This document shows, in pieces, positions 16,960 to 25,879 of a stretch of 50,753 bases of DNA. Within the stretch, counting starts at the first letter, position 1. Each line of letters begins with the position of its first letter. The position numbers and the translations under genes were made by a program. The notes under the pieces were generated by a model. The model did not search any database and was not told where the DNA came from. It saw only the letters and a list, made by a program, of their open reading frames with translations. Origin of the DNA: Nanobdellota archaeon (GTDB taxonomy: Archaea; Nanobdellota; Nanobdellia; Parvarchaeales; Parvarchaeaceae); assembly GCA_021851145.1 (NCBI GenBank), contig JAJZJK010000001.1, positions 1-50,753 on the forward strand, in the 5' to 3' direction.

Positions 16960-17549
16960 ACCCTTTTTACACTATAAATAACTACAACTGGTAAGATATA
17001 ATTGTTTTTTTTGTGAAAATTCATTGTTTTCCCAATTTTTAGCTTGCCAATTGGTTTTAGATCTAGTTTATTTTTTTCTGCGATTTGGGCTATATTTTTA
17101 TTATCTTTGTATATAAAAAATATATTATCCGCTATGCTTTTCAATTTTTTTATAAAAGCCTCAATATTAAAATTGCTTTGAAATCCAAACGGTGGATTAG
17201 AAATTGCAATATCATATCTTTTAGTTATATCAAAAAGATCTGACTCAATAGCGTTGACATTAACAACTTTAATTCTTGATATGTTGCTTTCTGCTGTTGC
17301 TATTGATTTCTTGTCAATATCATACATATCAACGGACTCGGCACCAAAAAGTGAAGCGGTTATGCCAAGTATACCATTTCCACATCCTATATCAGCTACT
17401 TTTTTATCCTTAATTGAAATCTCAGAATCTACAAAGTTAATTAAGTCATAAGTTAAATCTATATCAGTTGAGTATTGTTCTAATTTTGTTATGCTATTAT
17501 CTATATCGTCTAGTTTTGATAAATTTCTATAAATTTCAATTTTTTTCAT
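16956..17549 (-). CDS. METTL5-like N6-adenine (NPPF) class I SAM methyltransferase
   Basis: SAM motif I VADIGCGNGILG and catalytic DIAISNPPFG. The ORF-track start 17594 is TTG. The first ATG (MKKIEIY) is at 17549. Confidence 0.75.
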   Translation of the reverse strand: MKKIEIYRNLSKLDDIDNSITKLEQYSTDIDLTYDLINFVDSEISIKDKKVADIGCGNGILGITASLFGAESVDMYDIDKKSIATAESNISRIKVVNVNAIESDLFDITKRYDIAISNPPFGFQSNFNIEAFIKKLKSIADNIFFIYKDNKNIAQIAEKNKLDLKPIGKLKIGKTMNFHKKNNYILPVVVIYSVKRV

Positions 17550-19359
17550 TTTTAATAATCTCAGATGCAATTTTATACGCTTCTTTTGCGTCAAAGGTGG
17601 TTCCTATTCTGTCTTTTAGATTTACTACAAGAGAATCTATCTTAATACTATTATTATTTTTTATTAATTTTTCAATTTCCTCTTTCAATTCCTTATCTGT
17701 CTTTTTTCTAAGCCCCTTTTCTTGTATTATCTCATCAACATCTTTATCTTTTAAGGCAATGTTTTCCATTATTATCCTTGCTGATTCCCGGGTTATCTGT
17801 TTATCCTTTATCTTTTTTAGTATCTCCTCTATCACTCCTTGGTCTATTTCTTTTTCAAATCGTCTTTTTATATATTTCCAGTCCTCAATTGCAACCTGGA
17901 TTATTACATTAAAATCTAATCCAGTTGTATTTTTTAAGTGCACTGCTTCATTAAGTTTTCTGGATGAAATGAGTTGATCCAAAAACTCATCAGATATGTT
18001 TAGCTCTGCTTTTAGTGAGTCTACGCTTCTTCCAATGTAATCTTTTCCATTTTTTAAAATATCCTTATCCACTTCTAATATTGGCATGTCAGTTTCAACA
18101 TACATTCTATCTTTTCCGCCCATTGGTCTTAAAAATTTAGTCGTATTGTCTTCTTGAACTAGTCTTACCTCTGAAGGTACATCCTTAAGTAAAGAAATAA
18201 TCCTATCTTTAATTATGTTTATTGTTATACTTTCATAACCTTTATCGCATATTGAAAATAAAAATGAGTCATTATCACCACAAGATAAAACTTTAGTTAT
18301 TTCTTCTTTGTCCTCTTCACTTATTCCATATGCAGGCAACTCATCATAATGTATGATTCCGTAACCTAATTTAATTTTTAAGTAGTCACTTACCTCACCG
18401 CCGAATCTTTTATTCTCGCAAATATAAGTCCCTAAAACTCCTTTTAATCCATTTAGCTTCATTCCAATGATACTTTTTTCGTTTTTTATTGCAGTCTTTA
18501 TCAAGTTTGATGCCGTATTGTTAAATATTGGTTTTATATCCTTCCAGCCCCAGTCTGAAACTTCATCAGCTATGTAACCTTTATCATTTTTTATTTTTAT
18601 CAAATTTTCTTGTCTCTTGGCTTCGTTTAATATAACTTTATCCATCTCTCTTATGTTCTGGAATCCCTTCAATTCTACTCTTTTTCCACCTTCAATAGAG
18701 AGATTTACATCTTGCCTTATTGTGCCAATTCCTCTTTTTACATTAAATAACCTTGTAAATTTTCCAAATTGCATTGCTATCTCCTTGGCCTCATTTTCAT
18801 CAGTATCTATAACTCCTGTAGCAATTTCTATAAGTGGTATCCCTATCCTATCTAAGAAGTAAACAGTTTCTTCCCTGTTTTCTGTTTCTTTTCTTGCAGA
18901 ATCTTCTTCTATGGAAATTGTATCGATTTTTATTTTTTTATCCTTAAAATTAAATCCACCATTTACAGCCAGTATTGCTGTTCTTTGGAAGCCAGTTGTA
19001 TTAGAGCCATCAACTATTGTTTTTCTCATAAATATCAAGTTATTTAGAATGTATGCATTCAATGCATAAGACATGTTAACGCCAGTTGAAAGGGCTTCTT
19101 TATCTATTTCATGTGGCGGTTCTTCATCTATATCTACAAGACAGTCTGTATCATCAAATAACTTATATCTTATTCTTTTTGTTTTTTGCCCTTCAAATTC
19201 TGCACTTACATCTATTTTTCCGCTTTCTCCAAAAGATGGTTTTATTATTCTTTCTATCTCTGCATAGTTTTTATCTTCTTTTATCTCAGACTTGCATCTA
19301 CAAAAAAGTTTGCCAGAATCTATTTGTATATGCCATTCAAAACCACATTTTATTTTCAT
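17536..19359 (-). CDS. gatE: Glu-tRNA(Gln) amidotransferase subunit E
   Basis: 607 aa. N-terminal MKIKCGFEWHIQ (GatB/E family start), an AspRS-like insertion and a C-terminal GatB/YqeY-like tail. Immediately downstream of gatD with an ATGA overlap. Confidence 0.92.
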   Translation of the reverse strand: MKIKCGFEWHIQIDSGKLFCRCKSEIKEDKNYAEIERIIKPSFGESGKIDVSAEFEGQKTKRIRYKLFDDTDCLVDIDEEPPHEIDKEALSTGVNMSYALNAYILNNLIFMRKTIVDGSNTTGFQRTAILAVNGGFNFKDKKIKIDTISIEEDSARKETENREETVYFLDRIGIPLIEIATGVIDTDENEAKEIAMQFGKFTRLFNVKRGIGTIRQDVNLSIEGGKRVELKGFQNIREMDKVILNEAKRQENLIKIKNDKGYIADEVSDWGWKDIKPIFNNTASNLIKTAIKNEKSIIGMKLNGLKGVLGTYICENKRFGGEVSDYLKIKLGYGIIHYDELPAYGISEEDKEEITKVLSCGDNDSFLFSICDKGYESITINIIKDRIISLLKDVPSEVRLVQEDNTTKFLRPMGGKDRMYVETDMPILEVDKDILKNGKDYIGRSVDSLKAELNISDEFLDQLISSRKLNEAVHLKNTTGLDFNVIIQVAIEDWKYIKRRFEKEIDQGVIEEILKKIKDKQITRESARIIMENIALKDKDVDEIIQEKGLRKKTDKELKEEIEKLIKNNNSIKIDSLVVNLKDRIGTTFDAKEAYKIASEIIKNEKN

Positions 19360-20651
19360 ATCAAAAATTCATTTATTTTACTTCTTTCCTTAATTTCTCC
19401 TGCTAAATTAATTGACATTACTTTTTTAACCTCTTCTAATTTTTTAGAATTTCCAAGTGCAAACATAAGCTTTACAAATGCAGTTTCGGTTGTCATATCT
19501 CCTACATATATAATATTATCAAATTTTGAGATTTCACGTAATGTACTGTATACAAATTTATTTGTTGATCCATAAATTGTTTGAGGTGTTATAACGATTG
19601 GCACACCGGCCTTTTCAGCTTTTTTTAATGAGTTTATGATTGTTTTATCCTCTAAAGGGAGATTACCAAAACCTGTGGCAGCAATTACAATTCCATGAAC
19701 TTTGTTATCAATATAATAATCAATTATGTCTCCACCCATAGAAGGGTAGCTGTATATTAATTTCACATTGTCATCTAGTTTGTTGTTAAATTTAGTATTG
19801 TCATTTTTTGGGATTATGTCAGGGGATAATTCGTTTATTTTTCCACTAATATGTACTTTTCCAAGAGGCTCAATGTTTATTGGCCTAAATGCATCTCTTC
19901 TTTCTGTATGCATTTTTCTTGCTTTATTCCCTCTTAATATATAATTGTACTCATCATTTAAGTTGGCATGCATACATATTACTGATTCTCCGCCGGGAAA
20001 ATTATTTGCAGTAAATGCGGATAAAAGGAGGTTTGTAGAAGCATCTGTAGAACCCCGGTCTGTGCTTCTTTGTGACCCAGTAAAAACTACAGGAACGGAC
20101 AGAGGATTTAAAAGAAAGGAAAGTGCTGATGATGCAAAATGCATAGTATCCGTGCCACTAGTCACTATAATTCCTTTACTTCCATTACTTATGCTATTTT
20201 TAGCTTCTTTGGCAATTTTTATCCAATCTGAAGGCAGCATATTTTCTGATAGCTTTTTCATTAAATTTACTATAGAAATTTTCCCCTGCTTTTCTAGATC
20301 TGGAGATATTTTGAAGTAATAATCACTGTCTACAGATGGAGAAACTCCTCCGGTCTTGTAATCAATCTTAGAAGATATGGTTCCCCCTGTGGTTATTATA
20401 GTTATATCCGGATCATTAATTTCATTTTTATTTTCTTTTTGTGTCTTTTCTACTTTCTCTGCTTTCTCTATTATTTTGATATCAGTAATAGAATCCTTTG
20501 GAATCGCAATATCATAACCTGATTTGAGTTTTATTACTGCAATTTTTTCCTCTTCTTTTATAAATTCTCCATTGAAAATTTGACTGTCTATTTTTAGCTC
20601 TATCAAATCTCCAAATGAAAGATTATTCATTTCTATTTTTTTAATAGCCAT
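19356..20651 (-). CDS. gatD: Glu-tRNA(Gln) amidotransferase subunit D (asparaginase-type)
   Basis: Asparaginase motifs IITTGGTISSKIDYKTGG and VTSGTDTMHF, preceded by the GatD-specific N-terminal beta domain. Confidence 0.92.
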   Translation of the reverse strand: MAIKKIEMNNLSFGDLIELKIDSQIFNGEFIKEEEKIAVIKLKSGYDIAIPKDSITDIKIIEKAEKVEKTQKENKNEINDPDITIITTGGTISSKIDYKTGGVSPSVDSDYYFKISPDLEKQGKISIVNLMKKLSENMLPSDWIKIAKEAKNSISNGSKGIIVTSGTDTMHFASSALSFLLNPLSVPVVFTGSQRSTDRGSTDASTNLLLSAFTANNFPGGESVICMHANLNDEYNYILRGNKARKMHTERRDAFRPINIEPLGKVHISGKINELSPDIIPKNDNTKFNNKLDDNVKLIYSYPSMGGDIIDYYIDNKVHGIVIAATGFGNLPLEDKTIINSLKKAEKAGVPIVITPQTIYGSTNKFVYSTLREISKFDNIIYVGDMTTETAFVKLMFALGNSKKLEEVKKVMSINLAGEIKERSKINEFLI

Positions 20652-20801
20652 TATAATATTTGCTTCTATAATGTTTTAACTCTTTTCATTTGCATTTTTA
20701 TGGCCAGTATAGAATTAATTATGTTTACAGATGTGTATACTCTATGACAACAATCTTTTTAAATGAATAAAAACTATTATTGTTATTTAAATAAATAGAA
20801 T

Positions 20802-20831
20802 AAATTTGAATGTTGGGGAACATTCAAATTT
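20802..20831. repeat. Perfect 13-bp inverted repeat with GGGG loop (AAATTTGAATGTT-GGGG-AACATTCAAATTT)
   Basis: Read directly. It sits in the 272-nt divergent gatD/ftsZ intergenic region, about 110 nt upstream of the preferred ftsZ start. Confidence 0.8.
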
Positions 20832-20930
20832 TAATCATAACGCTGTAAGTTGGGTCACTTACTTGTTTTTCTTAATAAAATATAGGCACATTGGGAATAT
20901 AAAGCTTTCGCTTTTTATTTTCAATGCAAC

Positions 20931-20935
20931 GGAGG
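20931..20935 (+). promoter_or_regulatory. Shine-Dalgarno-like GGAGG upstream of ftsZ paralogue 1
   Basis: GGAGGGG lies 6 nt before the ATG at 20942. This is why I prefer that start over 20924. Confidence 0.4.
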
Positions 20936-20941
20936 GGAAAA

Positions 20942-22027
20942 ATGGTAATGGATTTGCTTGTTGAAAGCGCACTAAAAGCCAGTAGAGAAGAAGGTATGAA
21001 CGAACCTTTATTCAACCAGGCTTTAATAAAAGTTGTAGGAGTCGGTGGCGGCGGAAATAATATGGGCAATTGGCTCTTTAAAAAAGGAGTCAAAGGCGCG
21101 GAAGTAATTCTAGCTAATACAGATCAAATACAGTTAAATGCAAGGAATGGGGATAAAAAGATTCTTATCGGAAAAGAGTTAACTAAAGGTTTAGGTGCAG
21201 GCGGTTTTCCTGAGAAGGGAAAAATGGCGGCGGAAGAATCTTCTAGGGAGCTTAAGGACTCATTAAGAGGCGCAGACCTTGTTTTCGTATGTGCAGGTTT
21301 GGGTGGTGGAACAGGTACTGGTGCGGCTCCAGTTATTGCAAAACTTGCAAAAGATATGGGAGCAATCGTTATAAGTACTGTAACGATGCCATTTAAAACT
21401 GAAAGGAAAAGGGTAGAATCTGCAGAGGCAGGTCTAGAAGAATTAAGGAACAGCTCTGATACTGTTATTGTAATAGACAATAATAGGTTAGTAAGCATGG
21501 CAGGTAATCTTCCAATAGACCAAGCATTCAATGTGGCAAATGAGGTAGTTGCAACTATGATAAAAGGGATAGTTGAAACGATCTCCGATGCAAGTGCATT
21601 GGTGCACCTTGACTTCGCAGACATTAAGGCAATAATGAATAAAGGAGGAGTATCTGTAATCGGAATAGGTGAGACAGATGCTTCAGATTCAAGGGTAACT
21701 GAAGTTGTAAGAAGAGCTCTTAACAATCCACTTTTGGACGTAAGTTATAAGGGTGCGAAGGGTGCTCTTATACACATTTCAGGAGGGCCTGACTTAACTC
21801 TTGCAGAAGTAAACCAGATTGGAGAAATGGCAACTCAGTCTTTGGATCCGGATGCAGTAGTTATCTGGGGTGCAAAGGTAGATGAGTCTCTTTCTGGAAA
21901 GTTAAGGGTCATGACAATAATAACGGGAGTAAGCTCTCCTTACTTATTGGGACCTGAAGAGATAAACACTCTCTCCAAAACTACCGGTGCTATAAACCAG
22001 GAGCTTGGGATAGAGATACTTAAGTAA
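20942..22027 (+). CDS. ftsZ: Cell division protein FtsZ (paralogue 1)
   Basis: VVGVGGGGNN and tubulin signature GLGGGTGTGAAPVIA; NTD(Q) motif ILANTDQIQL. Alternative upstream ATG at 20924. Confidence 0.93.
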   Translation: MVMDLLVESALKASREEGMNEPLFNQALIKVVGVGGGGNNMGNWLFKKGVKGAEVILANTDQIQLNARNGDKKILIGKELTKGLGAGGFPEKGKMAAEESSRELKDSLRGADLVFVCAGLGGGTGTGAAPVIAKLAKDMGAIVISTVTMPFKTERKRVESAEAGLEELRNSSDTVIVIDNNRLVSMAGNLPIDQAFNVANEVVATMIKGIVETISDASALVHLDFADIKAIMNKGGVSVIGIGETDASDSRVTEVVRRALNNPLLDVSYKGAKGALIHISGGPDLTLAEVNQIGEMATQSLDPDAVVIWGAKVDESLSGKLRVMTIITGVSSPYLLGPEEINTLSKTTGAINQELGIEILK

Positions 22028-22034
22028 ATTATTT

Positions 22035-22050
22035 GGCCCCAATTGGGGCC
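22035..22050 (+). terminator. Palindromic GC hairpin GGCCCCAATTGGGGCC after ftsZ
   Basis: Perfect 6-bp GC stem 8 nt after the stop, followed by AT/T-rich sequence. Its role in archaeal termination is uncertain. Confidence 0.35.
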
Positions 22051-22075
22051 ATATTATATTTATCAAAATTTCCTC

Positions 22076-22106
22076 AAAAAAATAAACGGGGGGTTAAAAC
22101 CCCTCG
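22076..22106 (-). terminator. Hairpin + T-tract downstream of the PadR-like gene
   Basis: On the minus strand, a 7-bp stem (CGAGGGG-TTTTAA-CCCCCCG) lies 5 nt after the stop, followed by TTTATTTTTTT. Confidence 0.45.
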
Positions 22107-22111
22107 TCCCC

Positions 22112-22405
22112 CTATTTTTGAATTTCTGAATATAACCTTTCAAAGTATGCTAAAGCTTTTTTCTCTTCTGAAAGGCCTTTTTTAGTAATTGAGTATATCT
22201 TTCTCTTTCCTTTTTTCTTTCCCGCTATAAATCCGCTGGTAGACAATCGTTTAAGTGCAGGGTAAATTGTGCTTGCAACTGGCTTTTTTCCACGGTATTT
22301 TTCTATATTTTTAGCGATTTCTTCTCCGCATAGGTTTTTTTTCTTTAACATATTTAGTATCTGGAAAGAAAGCATACCCCTCATGTCGCAACCATTTTTT
22401 GCCAT
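22112..22405 (-). CDS. PadR-family winged-helix transcriptional regulator
   Basis: 97 aa. LSFQILNMLKKKNLCGEEIAKNIE...STIYPALKRLSTSGFIAGK...RKIYSITKKG is the PadR pattern. Confidence 0.8.
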   Translation of the reverse strand: MAKNGCDMRGMLSFQILNMLKKKNLCGEEIAKNIEKYRGKKPVASTIYPALKRLSTSGFIAGKKKGKRKIYSITKKGLSEEKKALAYFERLYSEIQK

Positions 22406-22516
22406 ATTCTATTATGAAGTTACTAGTTTTATATACTTTATTGCGTTAAATATCCAAAAATAGTAAAATCTCCATTAAATATTAAAGATTATAACTTAAT
22501 GTTGTTATAAGTTAAA

Positions 22517-23047
22517 ATGGGAAAGATAGTTTATAATTCTCCATTCAATACCTTAAAGGTAGAGGAGGATTACCAAAGAGTCAGAGGTAAAAAATTAAGA
22601 GATTTTAGGATACTTAAAAATGACGCAGTAGTTATACTTCCTTTCTTGGATAATGATACTATAATAATTGAAAAGCAATTTCGTTTCCCTGTAAATAGAA
22701 AGTTACTTGAATTACCAGCAGGTTCTATAGAAAAAGGAGAAAAAAGAGAAGTAGCAGTTAAAAGAGAATTAGCAGAAGAAACTGGTTATTCCCCTAAAAA
22801 AGTCAAATTTATGTTTAAAGCCTGGAACAACCCGGCATTGATGAATTACTTTGAGTATTACTATCTTGCTTGGGACCTATATAAAACTAAAAAGAATTTA
22901 GACGAAAATGAAGTTATAACTCCTATAAAAATGAAATTCAATGATGCAATAGAGATGGTCTATAACGGTAAAATAAAAGATACAAAAACTATGCTTGCTT
23001 TAATGTTTTATAAAAATATGAATAAAATTAATAAGCTAAGGATATAG
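22517..23047 (+). CDS. NUDIX hydrolase (ADP-ribose pyrophosphatase-like)
   Basis: Complete Nudix box GSIEKGEKREVAVKRELAEETGY. Confidence 0.85.
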   Translation: MGKIVYNSPFNTLKVEEDYQRVRGKKLRDFRILKNDAVVILPFLDNDTIIIEKQFRFPVNRKLLELPAGSIEKGEKREVAVKRELAEETGYSPKKVKFMFKAWNNPALMNYFEYYYLAWDLYKTKKNLDENEVITPIKMKFNDAIEMVYNGKIKDTKTMLALMFYKNMNKINKLRI

Positions 23048-23048
23048 A

Positions 23049-23669
23049 ATGGGAGAGAAATTTGTTTCATTGCACTGCTTCAAGGTGAATTTTAACGGTG
23101 CAGATATCAATAAAAAAGAATTAATTAACAAGATAAGTGAACTTGCAGCTAAAGAATCGGATCAGGAGTTTATATGCAGACAGTATCTTTCGATAAAACA
23201 TAACGCAGATTTAATACTTTTTAATATAGCCGATTCTTATGAAACTCTGTTATCCTTTAAAGAAGCATTAATGAGTCTTTTTTCTAAGGTATTAACTGAA
23301 ACTTATAGTTATTTTTCAATTTATGAGCATCCCAACGCCAATTATCTGAAAGAAGATGATACCTTAAAATACTTAGTAGCATACCCTGTGAAAAAAGACC
23401 CTAGCTGGTATCTGCTTGAAGAAAATGAACAAAATCGGATCACAAAAGATCATGTAAATCTAGCTGTAAATGACCCAAATAATAAAAATATTAGGTCTTA
23501 TACGACTTACTCCTTTGCTATTGATGACTTTGAATTCTTAGTTTTATATGAAGTAGATTCACTTACTAAATGGATGAGAGTAGCAAGGAACCTTAGAAAA
23601 GCTGAAGCAAGGAATTGGATAACTGTTGAAAGTCCAGTTTTTGTTGGCAAAAAAGCAACAATTGTTTAA
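23049..23669 (+). CDS. Chlorite dismutase-family (Cld/HemQ-like) protein
   Basis: YLVAYPVKKDPSWYLL...RITKDH...IRSYTTYSFAIDDFEFLVLYE...WMRVARNLRKAEARNW resembles the Cld/HemQ C-terminal domain. Starts 1 nt after the Nudix stop. Confidence 0.7.
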   Translation: MGEKFVSLHCFKVNFNGADINKKELINKISELAAKESDQEFICRQYLSIKHNADLILFNIADSYETLLSFKEALMSLFSKVLTETYSYFSIYEHPNANYLKEDDTLKYLVAYPVKKDPSWYLLEENEQNRITKDHVNLAVNDPNNKNIRSYTTYSFAIDDFEFLVLYEVDSLTKWMRVARNLRKAEARNWITVESPVFVGKKATIV

Positions 23670-23974
23670 TTTTCCTTTTTTACTTCATTGAATATCCTAT
23701 GGTAGGGCCTGCCTTCTATTATCCCTTTTCCGTATTCAGTTGTTTCATGAAAAGCTTTAGCAGTTGTAAATTCCCTAAATGAATCTGCGTCCTTCCATTC
23801 ACTGTATATCATGTACTCAGTTGCGTTTGTTTCTTCTCCAACTTTTTTGTATATACTCGCCTTCTCAAAGCCATTTACATTGTTTTTCAAATACTCAACT
23901 ACTTTCTGAAAAGTATCCTCAAATTCTTTCTCGTGTCCTTTTTTTACGTTGTAGTACAATCCTACGTTTATCAT
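23666..23974 (-). CDS. Antibiotic-biosynthesis-monooxygenase (ABM) domain protein
   Basis: 102 aa. Ferredoxin-like ABM pattern (GHEKEFEDTF...YSEWKDADSFREFTTAKAFHE). Shares a TTAA stop/stop overlap with the convergent Cld-like gene. Confidence 0.7.
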   Translation of the reverse strand: MINVGLYYNVKKGHEKEFEDTFQKVVEYLKNNVNGFEKASIYKKVGEETNATEYMIYSEWKDADSFREFTTAKAFHETTEYGKGIIEGRPYHRIFNEVKKEN

Positions 23975-24051
23975 GTTTTAATCTAGCAATTTATATATAT
24001 TAATATTTGTATCGTATAAGTTATATATAAATAACTGCTGTTAAAATAAAT

Positions 24052-24975
24052 ATGTCAGAGCTTAAATGGATTGAAAGGGAATTTTCTGGCCAAGAAACCT
24101 TTGATGGCGCAGGAGTTAGGCTTAAAAGAATATTTGGAGGGCCAAACTCATACCTTCTAACTGACCCTTTTCTTTTGCTGGATCATTTTGGTTCTGACAA
24201 GCCTAAGGATTATATTGCGGGTTTTCCCTGGCATCCGCATAGGGGCATAGAAACTGTTACATACCAGCTAGAAGGAAAAACTGAGCATGAGGACAGCGAA
24301 GGCAACAAAGGTTCGATATACCCTGGAGATTTGCAGTGGATGACTGCTGGCAGTGGAATATTTCATACAGAAATGCCAAAACCGCTTAATCTAAAAGACG
24401 AAAAAGAAAATTTGTTAAGTACCGGAATGCCTAATTCAGTTGTAGGTATGCAGCTTTGGATAAATCTTACTAGAAAAAATAAAATGTCTGACCCAGTTTA
24501 CAGATATATAAGCGGCCGTAAGGTTCCGGAAATAGAAAATAGCATGGGTGCAAAGGTAAAAATCGTATCTGGAGAGTTTCTAAAGAATATTGGAGCTTTA
24601 AAGATGGATGATGAAAGAAATATTACCTATTTGGATATTAAAATGAGAGAAGAAGCTATTTTTGATTTCGATGTTAAAACTGGTTATACTTCTTTAGTTT
24701 ATATTCTTACTGGAAAAGCAATGCTAAACGGGAAGAGTCCTTTATTAAAAGGCAATGCATATCTATTTTCTCATTCTGGAACGAAAATTCACATAGAAAC
24801 CGATCAGGAAAAAACAAGGTTTATATTACTTACTGGCAAACCAATAAGAGAACCAATCGCATGGTACGGCCCAATAGTCATGAACACAAATGATGAACTT
24901 TCACTGGCATTTAATGAGTTAGATAATGGAAATTTCATAAAAAATAGGAAACCCTCCTTCCAAGATATAGATTAA
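24052..24975 (+). CDS. Pirin-family bicupin protein
   Basis: GFPWHPHRGIETVTYQLEGKTEHEDSEGNKGSIYPGDLQWMTAGSGIFHTEMP is the pirin N-terminal cupin metal-site signature. Confidence 0.9.
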   Translation: MSELKWIEREFSGQETFDGAGVRLKRIFGGPNSYLLTDPFLLLDHFGSDKPKDYIAGFPWHPHRGIETVTYQLEGKTEHEDSEGNKGSIYPGDLQWMTAGSGIFHTEMPKPLNLKDEKENLLSTGMPNSVVGMQLWINLTRKNKMSDPVYRYISGRKVPEIENSMGAKVKIVSGEFLKNIGALKMDDERNITYLDIKMREEAIFDFDVKTGYTSLVYILTGKAMLNGKSPLLKGNAYLFSHSGTKIHIETDQEKTRFILLTGKPIREPIAWYGPIVMNTNDELSLAFNELDNGNFIKNRKPSFQDID

Positions 24976-25006
24976 ACTTATTATACACAAAAAATTAATA
25001 ACATGG

Positions 25007-25471
25007 ATGGAATCGTTTATACAAGGGGTAATACCAAACATTTCTTATACCTCTAATAAAGGGGAAATTCTATATTTATTTTTTAGCTTATCTGAAATGT
25101 TTATAATAGATGATTCAAAGGTTGATAGTATACTGTCAGAATCCCCAATAGGCATGTGGCCTGCAAGTGGCGCAGTAATAGATGCAAGCACTCCGTCTGT
25201 AGAATTATCGACTTTTAAAGAAAAAATGGATAAAACTTACAAGAAAAATATCGATTATGATTATCTAAAAGAATTATCAGATTCTGTTGTAAACTATTCA
25301 GATATAAAAACATTCAAGCTTTTTTCTGATAAAATAAACTTCATAAAAATAGAAATCGAAGCTGATAAAGAGACTTTTAGCTTTATAACTGATTACATCG
25401 ATTCAGCGCTTTTAGAGGAATACGAAAGAATGCTATTTGCTTTATTTGGAAGCAAGTTTTCTTTCAATTAA
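25007..25471 (+). CDS. Hypothetical protein
   Basis: 154-aa ORF with no motif recognised. TTAA stop/stop overlap with the convergent parvulin gene. Confidence 0.45.
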   Translation: MESFIQGVIPNISYTSNKGEILYLFFSLSEMFIIDDSKVDSILSESPIGMWPASGAVIDASTPSVELSTFKEKMDKTYKKNIDYDYLKELSDSVVNYSDIKTFKLFSDKINFIKIEIEADKETFSFITDYIDSALLEEYERMLFALFGSKFSFN

Positions 25472-25743
25472 TCTAATCTTTTTATTATGTGATAACCAAA
25501 CTGCGTTTTTACAGGTTGAGAAACCTGTCCTTTGTTCAAAGAAAATGCGGCTTTTTCGAATTCCTTTACCATAATTCCCCTTCCAAAATACCCTAAATCA
25601 CCGCCTTTTCTTCTCGAACTATCAATTGAGAACTGTTCTGCGAGCTTTGAAAAGCTTTCTCCTTTGTTTATCCTTTCAAGAATGCTGTATGCAATAGACT
25701 GCTTGTCTACCAATATATGCGCGCATCTTATTTTATCTACCAT
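25468..25743 (-). CDS. Parvulin-type peptidyl-prolyl cis-trans isomerase (PpiC)
   Basis: 91 aa. CAHILV...GGDLGYFGRGIMVKEFEKAAFSL...VKTQFGYHIIKR. Confidence 0.9.
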   Translation of the reverse strand: MVDKIRCAHILVDKQSIAYSILERINKGESFSKLAEQFSIDSSRRKGGDLGYFGRGIMVKEFEKAAFSLNKGQVSQPVKTQFGYHIIKRLD

Positions 25744-25751
25744 ATTAATAG

Positions 25752-25824
25752 TGGGCCCAGGGAGGTTCGAACTCCCGGCCTTCTGCGTGTAAGGCAGACG
25801 TCATAACCACTAGACCATAGGCCC
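25752..25824 (-). tRNA. tRNA-Val (anticodon TAC)
   Basis: Reverse complement folds by hand. Acceptor GGGCCTA/TGGGCCC (one G-U); anticodon stem TCTGC/GCAGA with loop CTTACAC. T arm GGGAG-TTCGAAC-CTCCC, discriminator A. No CCA encoded. Confidence 0.9.
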
Positions 25825-25850
25825 TTACAACTTTTTAAGTAACGTTTATT

Positions 25851-25860
25851 ATTTAAATTA
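25851..25860. promoter_or_regulatory. Palindromic TATA-like element ATTTAAAT shared by the divergent tRNA-Val and HAD gene
   Basis: It lies 28-34 nt upstream of the tRNA-Val 5' end (minus strand) and about 20-28 nt upstream of the ATG at 25880 (plus strand). Positional inference only. Confidence 0.35.
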
Positions 25861-25879
25861 TCACTTATCTTATAATTAA

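Noticed and set aside
17468-17977. 169-aa + strand ORF (and 18617-18862, 19073-19575 ORFs) overlapping gatE/gatD
   Set aside because: They are antisense to well-supported gatE/gatD. The Phe/Ile/Ser/Leu-rich products are typical of the reverse frame of Lys/Glu/Asp/Ile-rich AT-rich genes.
21124-21726. 200-aa antisense ORF inside ftsZ paralogue 1 (likewise 34581-34901 and 34911-35606 inside paralogue 2)
   Set aside because: These lie opposite unmistakable FtsZ coding sequence. The products are low-complexity Ser/Ala/Pro/Thr-rich mirror translations of Gly/Ala/Thr-rich codons.
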